Shown here: piece after piece, positions 52,454-63,153 of the stretch
How the letters are laid out: each line of letters starts with the position of its first letter
How positions within the stretch are numbered: the stretch's first letter is position 1
Virus record (IMG/VR): IMGVR_UViG_3300035148_000271
Coordinates: 1 to 63,853 of that record
Source of the DNA: a virus
Taxonomy: Duplodnaviria; Caudoviricetes
DNA: 63,853 nt
Reading direction: 5' to 3' (one strand)
Translations under genes and position numbers: made by a program
Notes under the pieces: generated by a model
What the model was told of the DNA's origin: nothing
The model's input: the letters and a program-made list of their open reading frames with translations, nothing else
The model's database searches: none

Positions 52454-54084
52454 ATCGCTTCAATCTCCTGTCCCGTCTCGGCCAGCACCACGGCGCTCAC
52501 CGCACTGTTGCCGGTGACTTCGACCTGCAACTCTTTCACCCGTGAACGCTTGATTCGGAACGGCCGGTCGTTCTGTGCGATGTAGGTGCCGTATACGACG
52601 CCATCGCTCAACAGCTTCAGTTCCACCGGGTACTGTTCCGCCTCGACCTTGGCGTATCCCATGTCGACCGTGTCAGGGGCGCGATAAATCTTGCTGCGCC
52701 ATTGGTAGTACAGGTGGTTGATGTTGGTGTCCCATGACAGCACTTCGCTTGCCGTCTGCGTCACGTACAACTTGTCCTTGATCGGATCGTTGTACGCCGC
52801 CGTGCAGTATTGGTCGACCTCGTACAGGTTGCCGTTCTTGAAGTCGAACACCAGCCCGCCCTTGCGACCGCCGGTGTCGAAGAACGCCACGTAGCGCCCG
52901 TCCATTTCGTGCGAGTGCATGGTCGACGGGTTGTAGGCCTGCCACTGGTCGCGCGAGATCAAGCCTTCGGACATCGGCCGCATACCGTCTGGCCCAACCA
53001 TCCACAGTCCATCTGGACTGGCCCACAGCACGCCGTTCATCATCGGCACGATGGAGCGTTTGGAGGCGCAGGCTTGGTTCTGCTCCATGCGCGTGAACTG
53101 CATGGCGCTTGGGTCCACACCGGACAGAATGTACGGATTGGCGCGGGTGCCGACGAATACCGACTGTCCGAACGCGCCCAGTCCAACGATGGGACTGTCG
53201 GTCGACAACTGGTACTGCGGCGGATAGGCGTACAGGGCGTACGGCTCGGACAGGTACAACTGGTTGTTCTCAAACGCCACGCCGATGCCGTTGGTCATCA
53301 ACACCAAGCCCTTGGCGGTGGCCGGCAGCATGTCCCAGCCCCACGTCGCCACGATTTCGCCCAGTTCGTCCGGCGTCTTGCTGTCGTCGTAGTTGGTGGT
53401 GGATTCGTCGATCTCGTCCACGAACTGGTAGGCCGTGGTGGCAGTGCCGGTGCTCGACCGGTAGATGCGCTTGTGGGTGATTTCGTAGGGACCGACCGGG
53501 GCGGTGGGCAGGAAGCGCAGTTGCACCGTCTGCCCGGCCTTGAACGACACCGGCACCCCGCCGAGCGGGGCGCTCGGCATCGACTCCTCGCCCATCGCCG
53601 TCACATTGGTAATGACGTAAGCGGTGGAGTAGGCGGTGCTGTTCGGGTCGGTCGGACTGCCGGTGACGCTGACTGTGCAACTGGTCACCACTGGCTGTGG
53701 AACGCCCAGTCGGCGCGTGGTCTGCGGGTAGTCGGTGCCGCCCTGCGCCATCAGCGTGTTGTCGGTGACCTTGGGATAGTCATCTCCGGTGATGTAGGTG
53801 CGCTCCGAGGTGTCGTTGTCGATAGGAGCCTTGACCACATTCACGTCGGTCGCCCAGCTAAACCAATACTGCGCCTCGCTATCTAGCGTCTGTCCGAAGC
53901 GGTAGATCGTCTGCTTGGTGCCCGCCTTGGTCAACGTGGCGACCTGTGTCGTTCCCTTCCACGTTCCCAGCGTGCCATCCAGCAACCGCGTATTCACGGC
54001 AATCGTCGCCGCCCCGTCCGGCAGGAGCCGTGGGTTCAGGATCGGGACGATGCCCTTGAAGTTGCGAATGACAATGTTGGCCAT
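52450..54084 (-). CDS. Tail nozzle/stabilisation protein (544 aa)
   Basis: FKGIVP..NPRLLP, LSEPY...AYP, ASPDGL, WRSK beta-propeller pattern. Confidence 0.7.
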   Translation of the reverse strand: MANIVIRNFKGIVPILNPRLLPDGAATIAVNTRLLDGTLGTWKGTTQVATLTKAGTKQTIYRFGQTLDSEAQYWFSWATDVNVVKAPIDNDTSERTYITGDDYPKVTDNTLMAQGGTDYPQTTRRLGVPQPVVTSCTVSVTGSPTDPNSTAYSTAYVITNVTAMGEESMPSAPLGGVPVSFKAGQTVQLRFLPTAPVGPYEITHKRIYRSSTGTATTAYQFVDEIDESTTNYDDSKTPDELGEIVATWGWDMLPATAKGLVLMTNGIGVAFENNQLYLSEPYALYAYPPQYQLSTDSPIVGLGAFGQSVFVGTRANPYILSGVDPSAMQFTRMEQNQACASKRSIVPMMNGVLWASPDGLWMVGPDGMRPMSEGLISRDQWQAYNPSTMHSHEMDGRYVAFFDTGGRKGGLVFDFKNGNLYEVDQYCTAAYNDPIKDKLYVTQTASEVLSWDTNINHLYYQWRSKIYRAPDTVDMGYAKVEAEQYPVELKLLSDGVVYGTYIAQNDRPFRIKRSRVKELQVEVTGNSAVSAVVLAETGQEIEAI

Positions 54085-55092
54085 TTACCGCGCCCCCGCC
54101 TGCGCTGCAATGGTGTCGTCCTTCTTGCGGTTGCTGGCCGAACTGCCGAAGACGTAGCCGACCACGATGTAGCCGACCGCCTTGTAGTAGTCAAGGATGG
54201 TCGAGACGATAGTTTCGTCCGTGCCGGTCTTCAGCAGCAGATAGGCCATGACCGCGCCGCCGCCGATGACGATGGCGAAGGCGAGGATCGCCACCATGAA
54301 GCCGAAGCCGATCTGACGCCACAGCGGCCCGGTGCCGGTCATTTCAACAGCAAAGGCTCGCGCCTCCTTGATCCCGCCGCCGACCTCGGTGATTTCGAGC
54401 CAGTTGTCCTTCATTGCCTTGTCGATGACGGCCACGGCGCTCGGATCGGTCTTGATCTTCTCGATGACCTCTTGCTCGTTGACCGCGCCGATGGCGTCCT
54501 TGGCTAGCGGCACCACGATTTCTGCCAGCTTGGCGTTGTCCTCCGACCGGGTGCCTTTGCCGAAGTGACGGATCAGCGTTGGGATCGAAGACAGCAGAGC
54601 GTCGAGGGCGAGTCCAATGAATGGGGCCGGCATCTTCTTTTCCTTCACAGGCTGTGGAGCAGGCTGTGCTGTGACTGTTCCGAACGACAGTTGCATCGCC
54701 TCGTCCCAGTCCGCCTGCGTGATCTGCTTGGCGTCATGCCCGTTCTCATGCGCGACGATGCGCTGCGCAAGGAACAGATAGGTCTGCGGATCGTCAGGCA
54801 GTTCCTCGTCTGGCAGCACCCAGCCGGCACAGACCGCATTCACGTAGGCACTGGTTTCGTTTTCCTGTGGCGGTGCCCATCTGTTGATGATTCCACGAAC
54901 CGTCGTCAGCTTGTGCTGCTTGCGGTAGACCTTGAGGAGCGCGATCAGGGCGGCGATGCCGTAGCCCATGGTCGCAAACGTGGCGAAGCGGCCGGCCTCT
55001 TCGGTGCCGCTGTATCCGCGCTGGCTTTGCGCAAAGGAACCGTCGTTGATGTTCCCGGGATTCCTGTTCCGGATTCCCCTTGCCGCTGTCAT
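54085..55092 (-). CDS. Lysozyme-like endolysin fused to a holin-like membrane domain (335 aa)
   Basis: RGIRNRNPGNI...IINRWAPPQENET..Y N-domain; C-terminal two TM segments ending GYVFGSS. Confidence 0.7.
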   Translation of the reverse strand: MTAARGIRNRNPGNINDGSFAQSQRGYSGTEEAGRFATFATMGYGIAALIALLKVYRKQHKLTTVRGIINRWAPPQENETSAYVNAVCAGWVLPDEELPDDPQTYLFLAQRIVAHENGHDAKQITQADWDEAMQLSFGTVTAQPAPQPVKEKKMPAPFIGLALDALLSSIPTLIRHFGKGTRSEDNAKLAEIVVPLAKDAIGAVNEQEVIEKIKTDPSAVAVIDKAMKDNWLEITEVGGGIKEARAFAVEMTGTGPLWRQIGFGFMVAILAFAIVIGGGAVMAYLLLKTGTDETIVSTILDYYKAVGYIVVGYVFGSSASNRKKDDTIAAQAGAR

Positions 55093-55457
55093 CTACCGCC
55101 CTTTCCACTCAGCCCGTTGAGCGTCATCGTGTTGTGGTCACGCAGGAAGCGATTGATTTCGTCGATCTTGGAGGTCATGTTGTCCAGCTTGCGATCAAGC
55201 GCCTCGCGTTCCGCCCGCGCGTTGGCGTAGTGCTCGACAATCTCCCGGTCCTGCTTGGCATCGTGCTGGATGGCGTTGTGGGCATCCGCCCGCACGTCGT
55301 AATAGGCCGCGATCCCGCTGCCGATTGCCACAACAAGGCCGATGACGTTGCCGATGATCCACTTGGCGAATTTGGCGACCAGCCGCGCTTCAACACTGGC
55401 GGCAATCTCCTCGATCAGTCGATGGTGCGGATGCTCATGCTGCTCTTCATTCTCCAT
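55089..55457 (-). CDS. Single-TM coiled-coil protein of the lysis cassette (122 aa)
   Basis: One TM helix followed by coiled coil; directly upstream of the endolysin. Confidence 0.6.
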   Translation of the reverse strand: MENEEQHEHPHHRLIEEIAASVEARLVAKFAKWIIGNVIGLVVAIGSGIAAYYDVRADAHNAIQHDAKQDREIVEHYANARAEREALDRKLDNMTSKIDEINRFLRDHNTMTLNGLSGKGGR

Positions 55458-55459
55458 GC

Positions 55460-56434
55460 CTATACGACGATGTCGTCGCCCTCCACGTCAATCACCGCTT
55501 CCTGCATGTCCAACCCCTCGTACACGGCTACTGCTTCCGTGCCGGGGAAGTCGAACCCCGGATGGGAGAACGCAGAGCGCAGTCCGGTCATCCCGCGCAT
55601 CTGAATGGAAAGCGACGACAGCGACAACAGTCCGCCAGCGAACAGGCGCGGCGTGCTGACGGTCGAGTGCCCGACGAGGCCGAGCGAAGCGGAACCGAAG
55701 TCGAACGGCGGCTGGTCGGTCCATGAGGTGTCGCCTGTGATTTCCACCGCGCCGATCAGTGACAGCGCCCCACTGCCTACCGGGTGCGTGTACGGCGCAG
55801 GCGCATTGATCTGAAACCCAGTCTGGGAGATGGTTGAGCGTCCGCTCATATCCATCGTCCCAGCCCCCGTTGCCTTGATCGTGGTGGCGCTCGGGTCGGC
55901 CGTTAGCGTGAAGCGGCCAGTTGTTGACAGGCTCACGCTGAACAGCGGCTTGGTCACTGCCACGTTGATGGACAGCGTGACCGTCGCAAAGCTGAGTCGG
56001 CCGCGCGTGCTCATTGCCCCCGTGCCAATCGACTTGTTGATCAGCGTGAGCAGCGTGGCGCTCGGCACCATCCGCCCGACCGGGTTCAGTTCCAGCGGTG
56101 GATCGACGAAGAACGGCTCCTCGAAATCGAGGTTGCCGGTCACGGTCGAGCGGCCCGCCGTGTTCAGCGTCCCGGACACCGGGTGGATGTCCGGCTCCAG
56201 ATAGTCTAGCGACATCGTCAGGAACGAACCACGGCCCACGGTATCCATGGTGCCGCTGCCGATGTCGAAGATTTCCCCTAGCTCAAAGTCGCCGGCCAGC
56301 GTGGAGCGTCCCGTGGCGTCCAGCGTTCCCGCTTCAAACGCCCACGCCTCAGTCCACGTTTCCTCGTAGTCGGCATAGGCAGTGCTGCCGCCCTCTATCG
56401 TCCACGCCTTCCGCCACTTGAGCAACGCCGTCAT
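55460..56434 (-). CDS. Repeat-containing virion protein (324 aa)
   Basis: Recurrent G-x-[LM]-x-x-x-G-R-[ST] motif. Confidence 0.65.
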   Translation of the reverse strand: MTALLKWRKAWTIEGGSTAYADYEETWTEAWAFEAGTLDATGRSTLAGDFELGEIFDIGSGTMDTVGRGSFLTMSLDYLEPDIHPVSGTLNTAGRSTVTGNLDFEEPFFVDPPLELNPVGRMVPSATLLTLINKSIGTGAMSTRGRLSFATVTLSINVAVTKPLFSVSLSTTGRFTLTADPSATTIKATGAGTMDMSGRSTISQTGFQINAPAPYTHPVGSGALSLIGAVEITGDTSWTDQPPFDFGSASLGLVGHSTVSTPRLFAGGLLSLSSLSIQMRGMTGLRSAFSHPGFDFPGTEAVAVYEGLDMQEAVIDVEGDDIVV

Positions 56435-56436
56435 GG

Positions 56437-56874
56437 TCAGGACACCGAGATGAGTTCACCGATTGCCGGGCCGCCATAGATGCTGGTGGTGCCGGTGACG
56501 CCGTTCCATGCATGAACTACCGCGAACCGCTTGGTGCCGGCTGCGGTTGCATCCCCGGTGGTCAGGTCGAAGTTGCCGTTAGCGTCGGCCGTCACCGCGC
56601 CCTCGAAAGCCACCGTAGTGGGCGGATTGCCGGCCGCGAATACGAGCATGCGGCCGGTGGTGCCGGGCGAAGCATTGGATGGCACGCGCCAGTATTTGGT
56701 GAAGGCGTACGGGTCGCCCGACAACGTAGCGTGGCCAACGGAATCCAGCGTAACGCTGCTCAAATCGAACAGCACACCGGTGGCCCCGTTGAAATACGGA
56801 CCGCCGGGAATCTGCTTCTGCGACGACGGATTGCCGACTACGTACGGACCGCCGGGAATCTGAAGCTCAGCCAT
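56437..56874 (-). CDS. Virion protein (145 aa) with duplicated QIPGGPY
   Basis: QIPGGPY occurs twice at the N-terminus. Confidence 0.6.
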   Translation of the reverse strand: MAELQIPGGPYVVGNPSSQKQIPGGPYFNGATGVLFDLSSVTLDSVGHATLSGDPYAFTKYWRVPSNASPGTTGRMLVFAAGNPPTTVAFEGAVTADANGNFDLTTGDATAAGTKRFAVVHAWNGVTGTTSIYGGPAIGELISVS

Positions 56875-58188
56875 TTACGCCACCGACAGTTTCGGGCAGA
56901 CATAGACCGTAGTGCTGGCCTTCGCCAGATGCACGCGGGCATGAACGAAACCTTTTTCCTGCGGCGTGAACGTCACGGCGAGCTTCTGTTTGACTGGTGT
57001 GCCGAGGCCCGTCGTCGTCCATGTTTCGCTGCTGGTCGTCTGATTGGCTGGCGTCGCAAGCAACGTAGCCCGGTCTGTGGCGAACGACCCCACCGGAGCA
57101 CCGCTTGTCCCGAGGTACTGCACCTCGATCCAGCACTCCGCATCGGTCAGCGTCACGTTGTCGGTGACCACCTCCAGTGTCGCGGTCACGCTTGATCCGG
57201 TTGTGTCGTTCCACGCCACGATTTCCGGTGACACCAGCGTGTGCATCGGGTAGTCGGTGTTCGCCGTCGAAACCATCTTCCACGAAATGCCGGTCGTACC
57301 GTCCGACGCGCCACCTGTGCGCTTGATCGTGGTTTCGTGTCGCGTCGAGCCGCAGTAGTCCTGCACCCACAGGGCGTAGTTCGTATCGCCAGAGTCGCAG
57401 TTGTGCATTTCGGAACGATGCCCGACCACGGCGGTTCCGGTCGTCAGCGTCCCACTCCAACTGGCGGGCAGCTTGCAGTTACGAATGACGAAATGGCCCG
57501 TCTGGTCGGCGCGGAAGATGGTCATGGCCTGTGCGCCCTGACTCAGATCAACGCCTTCGATTTCAATGTTGGAGTTGCTGTTTGCTGAGTTCCCGCTGAC
57601 AAGGTGCGTGATGGCCGCCCCGCCCGATTCGATGCTGCCGCCATGCCACCGGAACACACCGTTTACGTGATAAATCTTCTGTACTGCGTTACCGAAGCGA
57701 ATCGAACAGTCACGCCATTCGGTGAAGGTTTGGCACGTCGTGTTCGACGTGACGTTGGTGGTGATGGTGTCAGAGTTCGCGCCGGTATCGGTGATGCGGA
57801 ACTTGCATTGCTCGAAAACGGTGTGCGTGTTGAGGGTGCCACTCAACGTCATCGTGTCAGAGGCAGAAAAAACGATGCCGTAGTAGTAGAAGTTTCCGGA
57901 AAGCTGTATCTGTGAATTGGTGCCGGTGACGGTCGCCGTTGTGGCTACTGCCGTTGGAGGCTCTGCACCGTCGTTGGCACAGATCACCTGAACAGGGCTT
58001 CCTAGCGTGCCCGTAAGGGAGACGGATATTAATGAGCCACTGCTTTCTGCGTGCGCTTGGGAAACATAGATCGTGTCACCAGCCGCATCAACCGCCGCCG
58101 CAGCAGCGAGCGTCGTAAAGGCGTTCGTCCACGACGACCCATCCGCCGTTCCACCTGCTCCGCTTTTAACGTAGTACGTTGGCATCAA
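56875..58188 (-). CDS. Beta-helix-like virion protein (437 aa)
   Basis: YYVKS...DGSSWTNAFTTL..A...AGDTIYV cap motif of pectin-lyase-like folds; AGGAG RBS. Confidence 0.7.
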   Translation of the reverse strand: MMPTYYVKSGAGGTADGSSWTNAFTTLAAAAAVDAAGDTIYVSQAHAESSGSLISVSLTGTLGSPVQVICANDGAEPPTAVATTATVTGTNSQIQLSGNFYYYGIVFSASDTMTLSGTLNTHTVFEQCKFRITDTGANSDTITTNVTSNTTCQTFTEWRDCSIRFGNAVQKIYHVNGVFRWHGGSIESGGAAITHLVSGNSANSNSNIEIEGVDLSQGAQAMTIFRADQTGHFVIRNCKLPASWSGTLTTGTAVVGHRSEMHNCDSGDTNYALWVQDYCGSTRHETTIKRTGGASDGTTGISWKMVSTANTDYPMHTLVSPEIVAWNDTTGSSVTATLEVVTDNVTLTDAECWIEVQYLGTSGAPVGSFATDRATLLATPANQTTSSETWTTTGLGTPVKQKLAVTFTPQEKGFVHARVHLAKASTTVYVCPKLSVA

Positions 58189-58194
58189 TCACTC

Positions 58195-61100
58195 CTAAAT
58201 TTTGAACCGGATGATTCTCCGTCCGACCATCTGCCCTGTCTGGACCTGATAGGCCGTCGTCCTAAGCATCCCCTTGGATTGACGCCATATGTCCTGTGCG
58301 TCACCAAGCGGACCCGGAGCGCCTTTTCCGGTCAGCCATACCTCGCCCAGCGACGGCATCGCCGTCAGGCTGAAAATCGAATGCGGCCAGTCATGCCCAC
58401 CATTCGTTAATGGGAACGACGCTGGAGGATTGAACGTCGTCCATGTCTTCGTCATCGTGTCGTAGACACATATCCACGGATCAATCGCAACCTTCATGTC
58501 GCCGTCAGGACCGGCAACGAGCTTGGTCCCAACCGCCTTCAGCGAGCGATACTGGCTCGTCGTCAGCGGTGAGTAACCAAGGGAAGCCGCCTCGCCGCCT
58601 TCCGGCCCGTCGTATGTCCGCAGCCACCAGTTGCACGCCTCGGGGAATGGCACCCACTCCAGCGTGCTGGAGGCTGGTGTCGTCCCGTTCAGGTTCACCT
58701 TGATGATCCGCCCCATGCGCCGGGTCGTTGAGTTGGTGTACCCGTTGATGTTCTGCCAGTTGCTCTCGGCAGGAACGTAAAACATTTGGGTGTGCGTGAA
58801 GTACAGGTTCCCGTTGCAGTAGACGGTGTTGCAGATGTCGCCATCGCCGGTCGAGCCGGTCGATGCGTTGCCCGTCCCGTTGTCCGGGCCGCCGAGCACC
58901 TTGAGCGACACCGTGGCGAGAACGTGCCGCGTCCACGTATGTGTTCCGCTCGTCGGTACGCAGGGGAACTTGTAGAGCGCGACGGTCATGGTGGACCCGC
59001 CGCTCACGTTCACGCCGACCACCCAGATGCAGTCGTTCACCGGGTCATAGGCTGAGTTGTTCGGGCGTCCCCACCCGACCGCCTCGGAGTCCGACGCGAT
59101 GCCAACATCCCAATCCGCTGGAGTGGTGTAGCCGCCGTTCGCCGCGCCGCGCCGCTTCAGCCGATTCTGCGATGGCCGCGTCCAGCCGTTTCCTAGCCGA
59201 ATTCCGCTGACAGGATGCACACCGGGCTTCGTCCACTTGTACATCGGTGCCCACGCAGCGAACTGCTCACCCGCCGCGTCACCAAGCGGAGCCGTGTAGC
59301 CCACATCGCACGGTCCCATCCAATACTCGCCACGCTTGTCGATGACGAAGCCGAGGCCATCCGGCATGTACGGGCCACGCTGCGGCTCGACACCGCCGAA
59401 CCCGCCCGCGCCGGAATACCCGGTCGAGCCGTTCCACGGGTAGTTGTGATAGAAGTTCTGCGCGAGCTTCAGCCGGATCGTTCCGCTCGCCAGCACCGCG
59501 TCCGACACATCGGCGTCCCACATCTCCTGCCGACCGTCAGAGTTGTTCCACGCAACGCCAATCGGCGGGTAGTCGGCCCGCGTCGAGGACGGCCAGCCGT
59601 TGTCCCAATCGCCGCCGAACAGCGTGATCCGGCGGCTTGCTTGACCGGGGTTGTAGCCATCGTTGAAGTTTTCGATGATGGCGTGATGCTTGATCGCAAG
59701 CAGCGGGCCGCTGATCGTTGTGGACGTATTGGCCGGGTTCTCCGTTTCGACATTTATCGCTGACACGGTTTCGAGCGGACGAAGCACCTTGATCGACCTG
59801 TAGCGCCGCTGGCGCTGATCGCCGCCAACGCCGTCCGGTTCGTTTGAGCCGGGCCTCCAATAAAACTTCCGAGGACGCGCGGTTACCGCCCCGCCGACGA
59901 TGCGCTCGCTGATGAAGTCCCCGAGACATCCGGAGGGTCGCTGGAACGGAGTACCTGAGTTCGGATACCCGCCCGGAATAAGATACTGGTTGTACTCGGC
60001 AAGGTACGCCGCGTTCGTTGCTGTCAGCGCGGAGGTGTTCCACGTCATCGAACGCAGGTCGAACAACGCAATGCCTTGGTTTGAAATCAACAGCAATGTG
60101 TTGGTGAACGGATCGTGCCGCAGTAACCCCCAGCTTGCAGCGAACGGTGCATCTAAGAGTCGTTCGATAGCTCCCGCGCCGGAATTTTGCGGAATGGTCT
60201 GCGCACTGGAGTTCAGGAACACGCCAAGATTCATGCGCCAAAAATGCGCGGAAGTTGTGCCGTTATCTTCCAGTCCCCCAACCCAATAGATGTACTCGCC
60301 AACCGCGCACGCACCGTCGCGTCCCTGCCGCTTGTTCGGCTTTATCCCGCCAATCGTCGGCACCGTTTTCATCACTACGACGTACGGCTCCGTATACGAG
60401 CCGAAGTACGTGGACCGCATGATGATGAAGCAGACGCCGTGATCGTCACCCACGGAGTTGCCGCCACCGATCAGGAATCCGGCGTCAAGCTGCGGACTCC
60501 ATGCTTGGTGCGGGTTGTAGACACCGCCAAAATAATCGTCAGGCGGGCTGTAGTAGCCGGGATTTGTTGCCATCGACCCCACGGGACGGTACAGCCCGCC
60601 GCTCAAGGCCGTCATCCGCTGGCCGTTTTTCCACCCAAGGGGCTGGCTGTCAACAAAAGAGGTGCCGGTGCCATTAACGATGTTCCCGTCAGCCGTTACC
60701 TCGGTCCGTGTCGCATATGGGAACTTTTCGGCCACCGGACGCGACGACGATCCGCGCACGTACTGTCCCTTGGCTGGGATGACGAGCGAGTCGATGCGCG
60801 GGATGTAAAGGTAATGATGATTGTCGTGCTGGGTCATGTACCCAAACGTAGCCGTCTTGTATGGATTGGTTCCTAACCCGGTGATGATGTTCGTCGGCTC
60901 AACGTACGTCTGTGTGCCAGTTACGGGGTCATACTCGATGACATAGTTCGGCGTCTGGTGTCCGTGCGTGCCGTTGCCCCACTCGATGAGTGTCCCGTCC
61001 TTGGTGGCAAAGTTCGACTGCCAGAACAAAGACGATCCCGTATACGAAAGGGTTGCCGTGCCCTCGTCCGGGTCATACAGAACATCTAGTGTGGTTGGAG

Positions 61101-62565
61101 CCGGCGCTGGGATTCCATCGCCCTTGCGGTTCAGTTGCAGGAACCAGCCCGGGTTCACGCCCTGCGTGCCGTATGCGCCGCGCACGGTGAACACCCGCGA
61201 TGCGCCGTTGAAGTCAAGGTTGTAGCCGGTCAGCGATGACCATGCCACATCCGAGTAGCCGGCCCCGCTCAGTTGGCCGGTCTGCGGATGCAGGTCGAGC
61301 GTGGAACCAAGAACACCATCTGGCTTGTTCATCACCGCCGTCGCGCCAGCAAAGGTTCCGGTAGTGTTGTTGGCCGCCGTAGCGTTCGTCAGCGCCGTGG
61401 CGGTCGGCGCGTAGATCGCGTTGCCCTTGACGTTGCGCGTGAATCCGGTGCCGCCGTTGATGTCCACGCCGATGCCAGCGTCGATCACGATGGTGTTGGA
61501 GAACACCTCGATGTTCTTCAGCGGCGCAACCGTAGTCGGAGCGGTGCTCGTCCAGTCTCGCGCGTAGATTGCGCCAAGGCTGCCAGCGCCGCCGTCGATG
61601 TTGTAGAAGACGTTGTTGTAGATGTAGCAGTTGCCGGACACCTGCAACAGCGGCTCGTCGGTTGGGTTGCCGACGAAGAAGTTGCCGTAGATTTCGTAGG
61701 TGTTGCTGGACCCAGTTCCGGCTGAAGCCACGCCGCCGATCAGCAGGTTCGGGCGGGAGTTGCCGCCGGTCGAACTGGTGGCGACGTTCTTGTTCCAGAC
61801 GTTGTTGCGGATGATCGTCTTGGTCGTACCCTCGGGCCGACCGGCAATGGTCGTCCCCCACACCGTCTGCCCCTTGATTTCGCAGTTGTAGCCGATGCAG
61901 TTGGTGAAGTAGTTGCCTTCGATGATCCCGCGCACGAACGGTGACGCACCATCGGAGTTGCCGAGGTACATCCCGGTGCCGCACCCGTCGAAGATGTTGT
62001 TCTTGATCGTCCAGTCCCAGCAACTGACGCTGTTGGCACCAATGCCGGCTGTGGATTGGCTGTCGTCACAGCCGGTGATCCGGCAGTTGTCGATGGTGAT
62101 CGCGTAGCTTGGGCCGACGTTGGACTGCGCATGAATGCCATCGCCGCCAAGCTGAAGACTGTCAATCGTCAGGTTCTTGATGGTGATGTTGTTCGACCCG
62201 CTGATCCGCACCGTGTTGTTGCCGACAGAGCCGGTGATGCGAGCCGAGCGGTCCGTCGGACCTTCGATGGTGATGTTGCTCTTGCTGTAGATCGACAGCC
62301 CGGGGTAATCGCCGCCCACGAACTGGATCGTCGATCCCGGCGCAGCCGCCGCCAGCACCGAGACGTAGTTGCTCGGATTGGCGCTAACCGTTTGCGGACC
62401 GGTGATCCACTGTGGCTGTGATCCGGACACCGCAGAACGCCCCGTTCCGCCCAGCAGTACCGACCCCAGCGTCTTGGTGACGCGGGCCTGCAATGCTCCC
62501 GACACCGCAATGCGGCCGGTGCCACCAATGATCCATGGTTGCGGGCGAAGGCGAAAACGGGGCAT
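58195..62565 (-). CDS. Tailspike/depolymerase-like protein with right-handed beta-helix (1456 aa)
   Basis: A.PG.TI...GG.Y cap; repeated I-x-N-N-x-F turns; C-terminal propeller-like segments. Confidence 0.75.
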   Translation of the reverse strand: MPRFRLRPQPWIIGGTGRIAVSGALQARVTKTLGSVLLGGTGRSAVSGSQPQWITGPQTVSANPSNYVSVLAAAAPGSTIQFVGGDYPGLSIYSKSNITIEGPTDRSARITGSVGNNTVRISGSNNITIKNLTIDSLQLGGDGIHAQSNVGPSYAITIDNCRITGCDDSQSTAGIGANSVSCWDWTIKNNIFDGCGTGMYLGNSDGASPFVRGIIEGNYFTNCIGYNCEIKGQTVWGTTIAGRPEGTTKTIIRNNVWNKNVATSSTGGNSRPNLLIGGVASAGTGSSNTYEIYGNFFVGNPTDEPLLQVSGNCYIYNNVFYNIDGGAGSLGAIYARDWTSTAPTTVAPLKNIEVFSNTIVIDAGIGVDINGGTGFTRNVKGNAIYAPTATALTNATAANNTTGTFAGATAVMNKPDGVLGSTLDLHPQTGQLSGAGYSDVAWSSLTGYNLDFNGASRVFTVRGAYGTQGVNPGWFLQLNRKGDGIPAPAPTTLDVLYDPDEGTATLSYTGSSLFWQSNFATKDGTLIEWGNGTHGHQTPNYVIEYDPVTGTQTYVEPTNIITGLGTNPYKTATFGYMTQHDNHHYLYIPRIDSLVIPAKGQYVRGSSSRPVAEKFPYATRTEVTADGNIVNGTGTSFVDSQPLGWKNGQRMTALSGGLYRPVGSMATNPGYYSPPDDYFGGVYNPHQAWSPQLDAGFLIGGGNSVGDDHGVCFIIMRSTYFGSYTEPYVVVMKTVPTIGGIKPNKRQGRDGACAVGEYIYWVGGLEDNGTTSAHFWRMNLGVFLNSSAQTIPQNSGAGAIERLLDAPFAASWGLLRHDPFTNTLLLISNQGIALFDLRSMTWNTSALTATNAAYLAEYNQYLIPGGYPNSGTPFQRPSGCLGDFISERIVGGAVTARPRKFYWRPGSNEPDGVGGDQRQRRYRSIKVLRPLETVSAINVETENPANTSTTISGPLLAIKHHAIIENFNDGYNPGQASRRITLFGGDWDNGWPSSTRADYPPIGVAWNNSDGRQEMWDADVSDAVLASGTIRLKLAQNFYHNYPWNGSTGYSGAGGFGGVEPQRGPYMPDGLGFVIDKRGEYWMGPCDVGYTAPLGDAAGEQFAAWAPMYKWTKPGVHPVSGIRLGNGWTRPSQNRLKRRGAANGGYTTPADWDVGIASDSEAVGWGRPNNSAYDPVNDCIWVVGVNVSGGSTMTVALYKFPCVPTSGTHTWTRHVLATVSLKVLGGPDNGTGNASTGSTGDGDICNTVYCNGNLYFTHTQMFYVPAESNWQNINGYTNSTTRRMGRIIKVNLNGTTPASSTLEWVPFPEACNWWLRTYDGPEGGEAASLGYSPLTTSQYRSLKAVGTKLVAGPDGDMKVAIDPWICVYDTMTKTWTTFNPPASFPLTNGGHDWPHSIFSLTAMPSLGEVWLTGKGAPGPLGDAQDIWRQSKGMLRTTAYQVQTGQMVGRRIIRFKI

Positions 62566-62571
62566 GGGCGA

Positions 62572-62979
62572 TTAGTTCGTGATGTTGAGGGTGACGGTCA
62601 CACCCGAGCACGAAACGGCCGTGGCGTTCGCCGGGATCACCGGATCGGTCACGATCATGTCGCCACCACCGCCACTGGCGCTGATGGAAAAACTCATCAC
62701 CGCGCTGTTGGCCTTGTCGCGGAAACGCCCGTTGCCGATGGTGCCGGCGGTCGGCTTGCCAGAGTTGGTGATGGCATTACTGGTGGCGGTCGCGGACGTG
62801 CCGCTGCCGTTGGTGGAGGCCGCAAACGCCGTGGTCGAGAACGGCAGCACCGCCAACGAAGCATTGGCCCCGGTCAGCAACTCGAAATCGCCGCTGGCGT
62901 CGCCCGAGCCGGCGTCGATCAGGTCAAGAACAGCGTCCAGCGCGGCCTTGTTGCCGTCTTGGCGAACAGAGATAGCCAT
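62572..62979 (-). CDS. Small virion structural protein (135 aa), paralog of 7020-7400
   Basis: AGGAG RBS; shared motifs with the 126-aa protein. Confidence 0.7.
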   Translation of the reverse strand: MAISVRQDGNKAALDAVLDLIDAGSGDASGDFELLTGANASLAVLPFSTTAFAASTNGSGTSATATSNAITNSGKPTAGTIGNGRFRDKANSAVMSFSISASGGGGDMIVTDPVIPANATAVSCSGVTVTLNITN

Positions 62980-62982
62980 GTG

Positions 62983-63153
62983 TTACTCCTGTGGTTCTGG
63001 AACGATCTGGCCAACACACTGGATGTCCTTCGTCGTCCCGTCGTCTAAATGAACGTGCAGCGTGAACGCGATGGTGGCTTCCGCCTTCATCGAGGCCTGC
63101 TGCTCCTTTTCAGCCTCCGGACTGTCCGGCGACTGTTGCACTTCCTCAGACAT
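62983..63153 (-). CDS. Hypothetical protein (56 aa)
   Basis: GGAGG upstream of ATG 63153. Confidence 0.5.
   Translation of the reverse strand: MSEEVQQSPDSPEAEKEQQASMKAEATIAFTLHVHLDDGTTKDIQCVGQIVPEPQE

Noticed and set aside
49448-62565. Diversity-generating retroelement acting on tail genes
   Set aside because: No reverse transcriptase recognised and no template/variable repeat pair seen by eye.
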